This document shows positions 11,661 through 24,464 of a DNA stretch of 64,000 bases, one piece after another (positions within the stretch are counted from its first letter, which is position 1; every line of letters begins with the position of its first letter). Position numbers and translations under genes: made by a program. The DNA comes from Chiloscyllium plagiosum (taxonomy: Eukaryota): contig NC_057719.1 in the NCBI RefSeq assembly GCF_004010195.1, forward strand, positions 40,343,323 through 40,407,322. Reading direction: 5' to 3'. The notes beneath the pieces are model-generated. The model was not told the origin of the DNA. It saw only the letters and a list, made by a program, of their open reading frames with translations, and did not search any database.

Positions 11661-11875
11661 GAAATTGACGTTTTGGGCAAAAGCCCTTCATCAGGAATAG
11701 AGGCAGGAAGCCTGCAGGGTGGAGAGAGCTTCTTGCCTCTATTCTTGACGAAGGGCTTTTGCCCGAAACGTCGATTTTCCTGCTCCTTGGATGCTGCCTG
11801 ACCTGCTGTGCTTTTCCAGCACCACTCTAATCCAGACTCGGGCTTCCAGCATCTGCAGTCCTTGTTTTTACCCTG
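11661..11875. mobile_element. Short PLE family C insertion with two inverted hammerhead motifs, each with a core mutation
   Basis: ~11661-11712 is inverted relative to ~11729-11780. Imperfect TSD tctgtaagagg / tctgtgagagg. Confidence 0.8.
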
Positions 11876-13317
11876 TCTGTGAGAGGTTTTTATTCCAATT
11901 CCAAAGGGTACGATGTCCGGGAGGAACCAACAGAGAGGCTTTACAGGTCTGAGTCCACAAGGGATTCCCTGGGTCGCCTCAACTCTGTACTTTAACAATC
12001 AGATCACTGATTTCATCATTTACTTCACTCACAATTGCTTGATTTCATTTTTTTTTAAAATTCATTTGTACATAAGTGAACTACTTCCATAAGCTCATAC
12101 AGAGTAGGAGTCAGAGCCGATTTTTTTGTTCATGCTTCAACAAATTCTGAAACATAAAAATGACTGTTGGTAATTGGCAATAAGTGCTATATCAGCTTAC
12201 AATGAGGAAAAGAAGGGATAATTAAAATAACTTTTAGTAATAGATGACTGGGAAATGACAGTGTTCTCAGATATATGAAAATATACAATGATTGAACTTG
12301 CACTGTGAAATAAGTGTGGAGTTGCTTGTAATCTGTCAAAATTAAATAACATAGGCTGAAATAGCAGATAAAGGAAACTTTAGGGAAATTTATATAGTAC
12401 GCTTGATGGCCTAGTATGGTCTTAATGAAATGTATAAGTCAATACAAAAATAAACAGACCTTATTGTTTATGAAATTAATGTTTACAGTTAATATGTCTT
12501 AATCAACAAAGCTAATAAGGTATTCAACTCTCATTAATAGTACTTTGTAATACAGTATAAGAGCAGATAACCTTGAAAACTCAGATTGCCATGAGGATCA
12601 AAATATCATACGTTCCTGCCTTTGCACAGATTTTGAATGGAAAATCCCTTGGGTGATCTTCCCATGCTACTTCCACTAAAGATCCTTAAGTGGTTAACTA
12701 TTGTACCATCTACAATGCACAAGTCAAGAATGTGGTGGAATACTCTTCACTTGCAAGAATGAGTACAGCTTTTATTTTGTTAAAACAAGAAGGACAATTG
12801 CTGTAGAGTACAGACTGTGGCAAATAGTTGATGTAGCACGTGTTAAAATGGGGGCTGTTGTGTTGAAATTACTGCATGTTGGGATCTGGCTGACCATGAA
12901 ATTCTCTCATTCTAACCACCTGTCATAGACATAATAGAAGAATTTACAAATTAATAATTGGCGTGTTTAGCCATGCTATGAGTGCTCCTTCTGTGGTCAT
13001 TAAGTCCTGGAATGTGACTCATCAACAACACTCAAAACACTGAACAATATGTGGAACCAAACTACCGTTTTGGTTGGCAGCCTACCAACCACCTTAAATA
13101 TTCAATCCCTACAAGAGTGGCAAACAGTGGTTGTATTATATACATGATGCATTGCAGAAACTGAATCAAGATCCTTTGACAGCACCTTCAAACCATAACT
13201 ATTATCATCAAGAAGAATAACACAGCAATTCCTTCACTGTCACTGGATAAAAATTTGTTCCAAAACATCGACACCAGTCTGAAGTTACAAAACCCATTTC
13301 AACACTTTTATAAACAT

Positions 13318-13660
13318 CACAGCAAATATGGTGAATAGCCAAGGTGTTTTTCCCAGGGTAGGTCTAAAACTAGAGGGCATAGATTTAAGTGAGAAGGGAA
13401 AGATATAAGAGAACTTAAAGGGGAACCTTTTCACACAGAGGTGGTGTGTGTAAGGAACAAGCTGCCAGAGGAAATGGTGAAGATGAGCACAATTAGAACA
13501 TTTAAAAAGCATCTGGATAGGTACATTAATAGGAAGGGTTTAAGAGGGATATTGGACAAATGGAAATCGGGCTTGATCGATTTAGGATATCTGATCGACA
13601 TGGACGAGTGGAGCCGAAGGGTTGGTTTCCGTACATATAACTCTATAAAACTGTGACTCA
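13318..13660 (+). mobile_element. CR1 LINE 3' fragment
   Basis: NKLPEEMV...TFKKHLDRYINRKGL C-terminal ORF2 motif and 3' UTR. Confidence 0.85.
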
Positions 13661-13734
13661 ATTAAATGTATCATGAATAGAAAAGAGATAATGCTTAGTA
13701 CGAGCAGCGGTTTTCAGTAAATCCATTTTTTTTT

Positions 13735-14046
13735 AGATTAGATTACATTACAGTGTGGAAACAGGCCCTTCGGCCCAACAAGTCCACACCGACCCGCCGA
13801 AGTGCAACCCACCCATACCCTTACATTTACTCCTTACCTAACATTATGGGCAATTTAGCATGGCCAATTCATCTGAACTGCACATCTTTGGATTGTGGGA
13901 GGAAACCGGAGCACCCGGAGGAAACCCACGCAGACACGGGGAGAACGTGCAGACTCCACACAGTTAGTCGCCTGAGGCGGGAATTGAACCCGGGTCTCAG
14001 GCGCTGTGAGGCAGCAGTGCTAACCACTGTGCCACCGTGCCGCCCA
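13735..14046 (-). mobile_element. HE1/V-type SINE, full length
   Basis: Minus strand GGCGGCACGGTGGCACAGTGGTTAGC (A box)...GGTTCAATTCC (B box), V-domain, (TAATC)n tail. Confidence 0.92.
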
Positions 14047-14967
14047 CAAAGGTGCATTTTATGATGCCTGTTCACAACACTGGTTGACTGGGCACAAGTT
14101 TCTTATCCTGTACTGATCTTCTTCTATCTAAGGATTGTTAGTAAATGGAAGAGTTGCTTCTTTTTAAAAAATGGTAAATTTGCATATAGATGTCAAACTA
14201 TTTAAAACAAACACAGAAGATTAAAAACTATAGTGCGCATCAAATAAGTCATAAAAGTAGTCACAGACCATTACAGAACTTAATTCTAATCCAAAGGATT
14301 TATTCAGCAAACTGTAATTACTTCTTTCTCTCTAAATGATACAAATTAAAATTAGTGTAATGTAGTACACAGCTATGTTTTTTGTATTCCCTTATTCACA
14401 CAAAAACCAGATTGACTCATCTCCCATAACAATAGCAGCAGTTCCTTGGTAAAGATTTAATGACATGAAAGGACATGATAAGAAAGAAGTTGCTTCTGCA
14501 ACATTGAAAAGTTGTGTTTTCTCATTCATCAATATGTAAATAAATGTAACAGCACTCTGCCCAAGTAATGCTTGGTTACGAGCTGAGTTAGCTGTGTGGT
14601 GTTCAAGTGTTGACTGCAATAAACAGAATATAACTTAATACCTCACTTTGCTTACTCAAGATTACTAATAACTCAATCCTTGCTTGCGACACATCCAGGA
14701 ATGAATGAAACGAAATCCTGTTGACATATGGCTGCAATCACATCACTTAAATATTTATCTTAAGTTGAAGATGAGGTTTCAAAAACTTCTCTTAAAAATT
14801 TTTGATGGCATCCAAACTTCCTAATTTAAATAGATTCTCTTCAGAATAAAACAAATATAGAATAGAACAGTTTGGTTTATCATATCACCTCTCTTAAGGA
14901 GCCACTGATTTTAAGCATAATCCTGAAAATTTCCCTTTGTACATATCAAATTCCCCTTGTAAAAATG

Positions 14968-16395
14968 AAGTTAAAAATCACACAACACCAGGTTATAGCC
15001 CAACAGATTTATCTGGAAGCACTAGCTTTCAGAGCGCTGCTTCTTCATCAGGTGGTTGTGGAGAATAAGATTATAAGACACAGAATTTATAGCAAAAGTT
15101 TACAGTGTGACTTAACTGCAATTATATATTGAAAGAGACTTGGATTGCTCGTTAAGTCTCTCATCTTTTAGAATGACCATGTTGGTTTCAGTTCTTTCAC
15201 ATGTAAAACGCAAAACATTTTTTTAAAAGTTACATTCTCAAGTGAACTTTAACAATTGGTGTCATGTCCGCCCAGATAAAGTATTGAAGGTATGAGCTTC
15301 CCTGTGAAAGGCTGTCTGTGCCACAATGGTCAGACTGATTCTAATCTAAAAAATGGATTTACAGAAGCTGATATGGATTTGTGCAGTTTTTGAGCAAAGT
15401 AAAATGTCATTCTGCAAGTACAAGTTCACCCCACAAACTTATATGTGTATGTGTGTGTGTGTGGGGGGGAGGGGGGGGGTTATGAGAGTGTGTGAGTGAG
15501 AGTGCAAAGGTGTATAAGTCTGTTAGAGGATGTGTGTGGGAGTGTATGGGTTATCATATGAGAGAGAGTGTGTGTGTAGTGTAATGGGGTCACCTTTAGT
15601 GTAACATGAACCCAAGGTCCCAGTTGAGGTCATCCCCATGGGTACCAAACTTGGCTATCCGCCTCTGCTCAGCTACTTTTTGTTGTTGATTGTCCCAAAG
15701 TCTGCCTTGGAGGATGGTCGCCCAAAGGTCCGAGGTAGAATGTCCCGGATCACTGAAGTGTTTTCCAACTGGGAGCGAACATTCCTATCTTTTGATAGTT
15801 ATGCTGTGTCCCTTCATCCATTGCCGTAGCCTCTGCTTGGTCTTGCCAATGTACCATGCCTCAGGGCATCCTTGCCTGCAGCATTTGAGATAGTCAACGT
15901 TGGCTGAGTCGCATGAGTACCTGGCACGTACATGGTGGGAGGTGTCTCCATGTGTAATGGTGGTATCCATGTCGACATTCTGCCGCGTCTTGCAGCGTCG
16001 ACCGTGACAAGGTTGTATGGTATTGTCCTGAAAGCTGGGCAATGAACAATGATCTTTTTGAGGTTTGGTGGTTGTTGAAAGGCAAGGAGTGGAGGTGTGG
16101 GGAAGGTCTTGGCGTGTTGCAGACTGCGAAGAACATAGCGTAGTTTTTCGGATCTGGAAGTACTGGACAACAAACGGTACCTTGTCGATTGCAGCTCGTG
16201 TCTGTCTCCTGAGGAGGCCATTACGGTTCCTCACTGTGGCAAGTTGGAACTGGTGGTCAATGAGTTGAGCATCGTATCCTGTCCTTTTGAGGGCACCCCT
16301 GAGTACTTGCAAGTGCTCGTCACGTTCTCCTCATCTGAACAGATCCTATGTATGCATTGGGCTTGTCCAGAGGGGATGGCTATTTTAATATGTTT
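14968..16395 (-). mobile_element. Penelope-like element family B (RT C-terminus, GIY-YIG endonuclease, 3' pLTR), frameshifted
   Basis: SSFHPKHIKIAIPSGQAQCIHRICS; CDSANVDYLKCCRQGCPEAWYIGKTKQRLRQ. Hammerhead motif at 15020-15054. Confidence 0.9.
15020..15054 (-). ncRNA. Minimal hammerhead ribozyme motif (family B), core intact, stem II imperfect
   Basis: cac-CTGATGA-agaagcagcgctct-GAAAG-CTA^gtg. Confidence 0.7.
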
Positions 16396-17329
16396 TGGAT
16401 GGAAACTGGAGAAGTTTAACATTATGAGCAATGAATGTTGCATCACATTCCACTACAGTTTTCAGGCTTATATTCCAGACCGTACCATCTCTCAGAGTAA
16501 AATGTTTATCTCCCTGACTTTCTTGTCAATTTTCGTAACAAAATAAATAATCCTTGGTTCTGCCCTGTTCATGCACCTGCCTCCTACACTCCTCTGCAAA
16601 AGGGCCCTTTATTTTCTATTAGGACATTTACACCTTTATTGAATCTCTTCTCACTGCATTGTGACGTTAAGTGCTCCAATTGGTATTAAGGGCTGGATTT
16701 TGGTGTCAGTATGAGAGCGGGTATGGAGGCATACAGATGTGAAATTTTCCATTGCTGATCAGCACGTTGACTCCCTGCAAGTGGTATATAGCATTTATTA
16801 AGATAAATAAGAGGCCAAATGTGATCATTGGACAGAGGTTACCTGGAGTTTTAGTCAACCTGCAAATGTGATGCAGCTTATGGAACACTTTTGATGCATG
16901 GAAGGGATCCCATAGTGATGGACAGCTGAGAGGAAAAGTCAGGGGCGGAGGATGGTGGGGTGGTGGGCTGTGGCGTGATACACAGTACACCAGATTGAAT
17001 TTAAGACTTCCTTGCTGATGCAGGCCGCCTCTTCACAACAGTAGCTGAGTAGTTCTGGCCACTCCTTTCACAAAAGCTAGTAAAAAGATGCTGAGAAAAT
17101 GGTTGGGGATGAGCTACACTAGAGTGAAAAATCCTCTCAGCTTACTGATGGATTACAATGCCTCATCCATTGTACCATTTGTAGTGCCTAGCAAGTTTTA
17201 AAAGTTGTAATGCCAAACTTCTGAATCTCACTACCAAATTTGACAGTTTATCACCTTTGTTACAATTACAGCCCCTACTCCAGCAAGATTCAAGGCCAGA
17301 ATAATCAGCTGTAAACTATAAGGGTAGTC

Positions 17330-17725
17330 TCGATAGGCTGGAGCATATGAGGCTGAGGGGTGACATCATAGAGATTCATAAAATCATGAGGGGCATTGAT
17401 AAGGTGAATAGCCAATGTCTTTTCCCCTGGATAGGGAAGTCCAAAACTTGAGGGCACAGGTTCTTGGTAAGGGGGAAAGATTTCAAAGGGACCTGAGTGG
17501 CAACGTTTTCACACAGATGCTGTTGTATTTTTGGAACAAGTTGCCAGAGGAAGTGGTACAGCTCAGTACAATTACAACATATAAAAGATGTTTGGACAGG
17601 TATAAAGATAGGAAAGATTTAGAAACATATGGCAAATGGGACTCGTTCAGTGTAGGAAACTTAGTTGCCATGGACAAGTTGGGTCACAGGGTCTGTTTTT
17701 GTGCTGTTTGACTCTATGACTCTAG
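17330..17725 (+). mobile_element. CR1 LINE 3' fragment
   Basis: FTQ...WNKLPEEVV motif; ends in (actctatg)n. Confidence 0.85.
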
Positions 17726-18399
17726 CATTGTGGAATCTGGTGTGCAGAGTACTCACCTTCGCATTGCTGCTGCTCAAAGGATTTAGGCCATCAATATCAA
17801 TGATCATCAATGAAGCTTCTTCCTACAATTGGTGAACTCATTACCTTGGGTTTATGCTGATACATCTTCAAAATGTTGTCAATGAGTGTTAATCAGCTTT
17901 AGCCCTGGGACCTCATAATATTAATTGATATAATTTAGGTGTAGCAGAAGAAAGCAATAACTAAAATATCACAGCAAACTCCTTTCTACCAGCCTATCAT
18001 ATGGCATTCAGTTAATGTTATTTTTAAGCACTTTGATGAAAAAAAATTTAATAAACAGAAAAGAGAGCTCACTCAGTTGGTTTCAATGGATATTTCAGTC
18101 AAGTTAGGTTGAGTGCACATATTTTTAACTCAAAATATTCTCTGCACAATATTACTCTTTATAAATGATGAAAACAGTGGATTAAATGTCAGACAACTAG
18201 AATAAAATGAAAAGGTAAATTGTGCTAAATTTGAATTGAAAACAAACTCTGAAATTCTTAACTTTGACAGGTTTGAAACCACCACAGCGAAAGGGGAAAT
18301 TTGTGTTCAATAAAAATCTTGAATAAAGATCTTGCATTCAGATAATTTTCTGTTACAGCAAATGCCATATATTAAATTAAAAGAAAAATAAGTTAATCG

Positions 18400-19130
18400 C
18401 TGTTTGACTTGGGAGAGGTTTGTTTGGGGCCTTAATTTTGAGAAATTAGGAGATACAAGCACAGATATTGCATCTCCTGTGCTCAAGTGGAATGGTGCTG
18501 ATGGAAAGAGGGAATATTGAGGATAAATGGGGAATAGAATCATGTGTTCCAGAAGGAAAGATCCCTTTAGAACATTGAAAGGCAGAAACAAGGCAAGATG
18601 TTTTTGGCAGTGGCAAAACATTGAATGTGGCAGATGATCTGCTGAATGTGAATGGGGGAAAGGTTAAAATTGGGGGAAAGGTTAAAGTTAAGTACAAGGG
18701 GAACCTATGTTAAATCTTGGGGAGAGAGAAAGGGCTGAGAGATAAGTGTGTGAAGATGCATCAGAATTGTTAGTATTGAAGGTTGTACTATCTGAACTGA
18801 TGTAATGCAAACCAAGAAAGTGAAAATGAAATAGATTCATTGCAGTATGCAGCATGTCAGAAACATAGTCATCATAGCTCTGGGAATCCACAGGCTTGCA
18901 ATGAATATTAAGTACTGAAAAAGATTTAGAGAAATTCGGGAAGAGAAGGGAAGAGTCCGAGTTGAAGTTGAGCACAGGATGGAAATTGAAAACCAAGATA
19001 ATTATCTTTTTGCTAAGAATGGGATGGAGCACTAATTCAGTCATCAAAGGTCCTTGGAAAAAAGGAATTAGACCACAGTAGGCTGATTAAGGAATGTTCC
19101 ACATCATCACTGAAAAGGCAGGCATTACTG
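18400..19130 (-). mobile_element. Old degenerate Penelope-like RT/GIY-YIG fragment
   Basis: NFHPVLNF...IHCKPVDSQSYDDY resembles FHPDLKF...FYKPTDSHSYLDY. Confidence 0.55.
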
Positions 19131-19154
19131 AGATGCATGAAAGTAGGGTAGCTT

Positions 19155-19290
19155 CATTCCTGATGAATAAAGCTTTTTGCCCAAACCATCGATTTTGCTG
19201 CTCCTCGGATGCTGCCTGAACTGCTGTGCTCTTCCAGCACCACTAATCCAAAATCTGGTTTCCAGCATCTGCAGTCATTGCTTTTACCTA
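19155..19290 (+). mobile_element. Short PLE family C insertion with decayed hammerhead
   Basis: ttcctgatgaa...tttttgcccaaaccatcg followed by ctcggatgctgcctgaactgctgtgctcttccagcaccac. Confidence 0.8.
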
Positions 19291-19709
19291 TGAGGCCAAG
19301 AGGGCAGGCCCACATACAGGAAAGATATTGTAGATGGGTAAAAGGGTCTCCAATCAGTGGTAATGCTCCTGGCCAAAGATATAGTTGAAGATGGAAGAAT
19401 AGTTTACTGTCATGCTGAGCTCAAAGTTAATTGAAACAGAAGTGTAAGTGTTTGAAACTGAGCTCACCACCAAGGAAATGCCATTACCAAAAACATTTTC
19501 CCTCTCCCATCAGCAGGCCTCTGACCATTTTATCTGCAAGCATGACCCTTTCTGCCTTTTAAATTATTCATCTTGTTCCCACTCTGATTTTTCTGTCCAT
19601 GGCTTGCTACTATATTCCACTGAAGCTCAACACAAGGTGGAGGAGCAGCATTGTTTTGTCGTTGCCCCCAAAATCCTTCTGGACACGTCACTGAATTCAA
19701 CAATTTTAG

Positions 19710-20510
19710 ATCAGATGAGTGGCAGATGAAGTTTAATTTAGCTAAATTTAAGGTGCTGCATTTTGGAAAAGCAAATCAGAGCAGGACTTATACATTTAAT
19801 GGTAAGGTCCTGGGGAGTGTTGCTGAACAAAGAGACCTTGGAGTGCAGCTTCATAGTTTGTTGAAAACAGTCTCAGGTAGATAGGATAGTGAAGAAGGTA
19901 TTTGCTATGCTTTCCTTTATTGATCAGAGCATTGAGTATAGGAGTTGGGAGTCCATGTTGCGGCTGTACAAGACATTGGTTAGGCCACTTTGGAATATTC
20001 ATACAATTCTGGTCTCCTTCCTGTCGGAAGGATGTTGTGAAACTTGTATGGGTTCAGAAAGGATTTACAAGGATGTTGCCAGTGTTGGAGGATTTGAGCT
20101 ATAGGGAGAGGTTGAATAGGCTGGGGCTGTTTTCCTTGGAGCAACGGAGCCTGAGGGGTGACCTTATAGAGGTTTATAAAATCATGAGGGGCATGGATTG
20201 GATAAATGGACAAGGTCTTTTCTTTAGGGCAGGGGAGTCCTGAACTAGAGGGCATAGGTTTAAGAGGAGAGGTGAAAGATATTAAAGAGACCTAAGGGGC
20301 AACTTTTTCACACAGAGGGTGGTGCACGTATGGAATAAGCTGCCAAGGGAAGTGGTGGAGGCTGGTATAATACAGCATTTAAAAGGCATCGGGATGAGTA
20401 TATGAATAGGAAAGGTTCAGAGGGATATGGGCCAAGTGCTTGCAAATGGGACTAGGTAACGTAGGATATCTACCAAGGGGTCTTTTTCCGTGCTGTACAT
20501 CTCTATGACA
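19710..20510 (+). mobile_element. CR1 LINE ORF2 3' part
   Basis: WQMKFNLAKFKVLHFG; QFWSPSCRKDVVKL...LRGDLIEVYKIM. Confidence 0.92.
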
Positions 20511-21690
20511 CCATGTGTCCTCATTTTGTTTCCATTTTTGTTGTGGGTTTGGTGTGTCGGATTTTTTTCCTTCCTTCATAGGCATTGTATAGCTGCTCTA
20601 CATCTATTCACCTCGACCAATCTTTTGTGTTTTCATTGTTCGCACTGATTCTCTTTAGCTCTCATACTGTTAAACCTTTGTGATTTAAGCTCTCCTGCTT
20701 TCCCACCTGGTTACAAATCTTCCCTTTTGTTGTTCCTCCTCTTCTCACTTTTGACTTGCATAAACATATTCAATTTCCATCTTGTCTCCGTTCTGATTAA
20801 GGGGGCCATCAACTTGAAACCCTCCACAGGTTCTGTCTGACCTCCAGATTATTACACATTTATTTCACATTTCCAGAATCTGCAATACATTGCTTTGTAA
20901 TCTATGAATCATGACAAACTCTCAATGGAGTAATCCTGTGCTCTTGGGAAGAAAACATTAATTTTATCATTTTTCCCTTGCTGAGGTAGCAAGAATAATG
21001 GTAAGCATGATGATTTAATCAGACCAGAGTCAAAAAATCAGATTCTCATCATTGAATTAAATTGTCACTTTTAAATACTTCTTCTTAGATGGCAAGATCA
21101 AATTCTTAACAAGAAGCCTAATTGCATGTATTTGCATCTCATTAATCTTCCTTATCTAGATAGAGCTGCCTCCCTGGTCAATAGGTACAGTGTCTCCCTG
21201 AACCCTCCAAGCACACAATTGAGGTACAGAAATGCATCAACCTCAGAACATTGGATTGTTTCTGAGCAGGGAGCACTCGGTCCCTCAAATGGAGCGATCC
21301 TGGTCAGTCAAGTAATTGTCTTTGCCTTCGCACAGAATGAAAGGCACCTAGTTACTGGCTCAGAGGTTGAACTTGAGGTTGAGCAATTCATCAACTTCAC
21401 CAACACATTCCACCCTGACCTTAAATTTACCTGGACCATCTCTGACATCTCCCTCCCCTTCCTGGACCTCTCCATCTCCATCAGTGATGACCAACTTGAC
21501 ACTGACATCTTCTACAAACCCACCGACTCCCACAGCTACCTGGATTACACCTCTTCCCACCCTACCTCTTGCAAAAATGCCATCCCGTATTCCCAATTCC
21601 TCCGCCTCCGCCGTATCTGCTCCCAGGAGGAGCAGTTCCACCATAGAACACACCAGATGGCCTCCTACTTTAGAGACCGCAATTTCCCTT

Positions 21691-22252
21691 NNNNNNNNNN
21701 NNNNNNNNNNNNNNNNNNNNNNNNNNNNNNNNNNNNNNNNNNNNNNNNNNNNNNNNNNNNNNNNNNNNNNNNNNNNNNNNNNNNNNNNNNNNNNNNNNNN
21801 NNNNNNNNNNNNNNNNNNNNNNNNNNNNNNNNNNNNNNNNNNNNNNNNNNNNNNNNNNNNNNNNNNNNNNNNNNNNNNNNNNNNNNNNNNNNNNNNNNNN
21901 NNNNNNNNNNNNNNNNNNNNNNNNNNNNNNNNNNNNNNNNNNNNNNNNNNNNNNNNNNNNNNNNNNNNNNNNNNNNNNNNNNNNNNNNNNNNNNNNNNNN
22001 NNNNNNNNNNNNNNNNNNNNNNNNNNNNNNNNNNNNNNNNNNNNNNNNNNNNNNNNNNNNNNNNNNNNNNNNNNNNNNNNNNNNNNNNNNNNNNNNNNNN
22101 NNNNNNNNNNNNNNNNNNNNNNNNNNNNNNNNNNNNNNNNNNNNNNNNNNNNNNNNNNNNNNNNNNNNNNNNNNNNNNNNNNNNNNNNNNNNNNNNNNNN
22201 NNNNNNNNNNNNNNNNNNNNNNNNNNNNNNNNNNNNNNNNNNNNNNNNNNNN
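21691..22252. other. Assembly gap
   Basis: Run of N. Confidence 1.
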
Positions 22253-22420
22253 CTTGTCGGACCTGCCCAGCTCCTTTTCCACCTATCCACTCCCCCCTCT
22301 CCTCCCTGACCTATCACCTTCATCTCCTTCCCCACTGACCTATTGTACTCTATGCCACTCTCTCCCCACCCCCACCCTCCTCTAGCTTATCTCTCCACGC
22401 TTCAGGCTCTCTGCCTTTAT

Positions 22421-22452
22421 TCCTGATGAAGGGCTTTTGCCCGAAACGTCGA
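22421..22452 (+). ncRNA. Minimal type I hammerhead ribozyme motif (family C), intact core
   Basis: tc-CTGATGA-a-gggc-tttt-gccc-GAAAC-GTC^ga. GUC cleavage triplet and palindromic ACGT at stem III. Confidence 0.85.
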
Positions 22453-22689
22453 TTTTGCCTGTCCTCGGATGCTGCCTGAATTGCTGTGCTCTTCCAGCAC
22501 CACTGATCCAGAACCAGGTTGAACTTCAGTGCAGAGGGAAAGGCTTTAGCTGAACTTTAGTCAGAAGTCTAAACGGTTTGGCTGTGATGATAGTGCCACT
22601 TCTCCCCACCAATACTCCCTCAGCTTTTCTTTTTGCCCAGCTCACCAATATCCGTTCATTTTTATTGTCTGGCCAACTGCCCTTTCTCC

Positions 22690-23009
22690 TAGATTAGATT
22701 TCTCCTAGATTACAGTGTGGAAACAGGCCCTTCGGCCCAACAAGTCCACACCGACCCGCCAAAGCGAAACCCACCCATACCCCTACATTTACCCCTTACC
22801 TAACACTACGGGCAATTTAGTATGGCCAATTCACCCGACCCTGCACATCTTTGGACCGTGGGAGGAAACCGGAGCACCCGGAGGAAACCCACGCAGACAC
22901 GGGGAGAACGTGCAAACTCCACACAGTCAGTCGCCTGAGGCGTGAATTGAACCCGAGTCTCTGGCGCTGTGAGGCAGCAGCAGTGCTAACCACTGTGCCA
23001 CCGTGCCGC
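22690..23009 (-). mobile_element. HE1/V-type SINE in the TDRD9 proximal upstream region
   Basis: Near-identical to 13735-14046. Absent from the upstream duplicate. Confidence 0.92.
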
Positions 23010-23083
23010 AGATGTTAGCAATTCTCTCTGAGTTCTACCTCCACTCATTGTATAATCCTTCAACAAGGATTCAGCATACAGAG

Positions 23084-23311
23084 CAACCGTTTCCTAGCTA
23101 CCATTAGTTCTGAAGAAGAAACACTGGACCCAAAACTCTAACTCTACTTTCCCTCCACGGATGCTTATTAAACAACTCCTGAGCCCAGCAAACAGATCTG
23201 CACATGCGCTGGTCCGAAAAGCCGTTCAGATGTGCGACAGTGCGCAGGCGCAGATGACATTTGTGCTGTCTCGTTCTGATCCGCGTGTTGGAAAGTTGTT
23301 GCTCGTGCACC
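23084..23311 (+). promoter_or_regulatory. Putative TDRD9 proximal promoter/5' UTR with NRF1-like and MYB-like motifs
   Basis: TGCGCAGGCGCA at 23241-23252, AACCGTT at ~23085, GCCGTT at 23221, locally CpG-rich, Kozak gcaccATG. Confidence 0.5.
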
Positions 23312-23445
23312 ATGATTCGAAATCTGATGGCGCAGCAAATACAGGACTGGTTCACCATCGGGAAAACCGTTACCGGCGTCGAACTGTTGGCTGATGCCTC
23401 GAGCTTGGAGGAGGAAGTGAAGCCTGAAAAGCCTCGACTGAAGCG
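23312..23445 (+). CDS. TDRD9: TDRD9 coding exon 1
   Basis: MIRNLMAQQIQDWFTIGKTVTGVELL matches the recalled human N-terminus MLRKLTIEQINDWFTIGKTVTNVELL. Donor CG|gtgaga, phase 2. Confidence 0.93.
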
Positions 23446-24464
23446 GTGAGAAATCGACAAACACCACATGTGGGTTTCACAAACAAACCAAAACATAACT
23501 TGCTGGAGAAACTCAGCAACTCTGGTAGCGTCTGAGGGAGACATATTCTCTCTCTCCTTCCCTCATCTGGGAAATGGGCACCAATATTCACATTTCCTAT
23601 GCACAGATACATCAAGGCCTATGGTTATATTTAATGGTAAATCTACATTTCTTTAGATGTTAAATTCATGGTATGGATTTTAAAACTTAGCAACTGAATT
23701 AATTTAAATGAAAATACTAAGTGAGATGGACAGACTAACATTACTGGTTTTATTGGCTCCTCTTTATTCTTCTTTCAATGTAAATATTGTGTCCAATGAA
23801 ATAAACTTTTGCAGTGGCTGACTGATTAAGCTGTAGATTTCCCCAGCTAGGGGAAATGTTCTTGCATCGACTCTATCAAGTTCTTTTAGAATTTGGTATG
23901 CTTCAGTGAGATCACCCCTCATTCTTTTAACTGCAGAGAATATAGGGCCAGTCTTCTCTGTCTCTGGTCAGTCATACTTGCCAGGAGATCAGTCCTACCT
24001 TTATCACACAACCTCTCAGGCAGTTATATCCTTCCTTGGGAAAGGAGACCAAAACTGAATGCGGTACTCTTTGAGCAGTCTCAGCAGTACCTCTTTACAT
24101 CTGTACTCAAATCCTCTTGCAATAACTGGAAGCATATTTACCGTTTTGCTTGATATATCTGCATTTTAGATTTCAGTATCTTATGAACATGAATATCTAG
24201 GTCAACTCTTCCCAATCTTTTAGCATTAAAGAAATATTCTGCATTTCAGTCCTTTCCTACCTAAGTGGATAATTTGTGTTTTTCATGTTATATTCCATCT
24301 GCCATGTTCTTGCAAGTCAAATCTCCTGAAAGCCCTTTTTGCATCCTCCTCACAGTTCATGTTCTCACCTCATTTTCAGCAAGTTTAGAAATATAACATT
24401 TGGTCCCTGAATCACTGATATTGATTGTGAATAGCTGGGATTGAAACACAAAACTTTGTGGAAG

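Larger units (their letters stand above)
21375..22515 (+). mobile_element. Penelope-like element family C, 5'-truncated, spanning an assembly gap
   Basis: FTNTFHPDLKFTW...LPFLDLSI...FYKPTDSHSYLDYTSSHP...IPYSQFLRLRRICS. 11-bp TSD AGGTTGAACTT at 21364-21374 and 22516-22526. Confidence 0.9.

Noticed and set aside
13975..14046. tRNA-like A/B boxes (also at ~22940-23009 and ~34410-34480)
   Set aside because: These are SINE heads, not tRNA genes.
17757..17822. Minus-strand 66-nt open segment ag|EEASLMIIDIDGLNPLSSSNAK|gtgagt
   Set aside because: Good donor but poor polypyrimidine tract, and no recognisable protein. It does not resemble ATP5MJ, the expected upstream neighbour.
21126..22385. Long ORFs (200-420 aa) in the ORF track at 21.1-22.4 kb and 31.8-33.1 kb
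   Set aside because: They are artefacts of translating N runs; the real parts are PLE or CR1 fragments.
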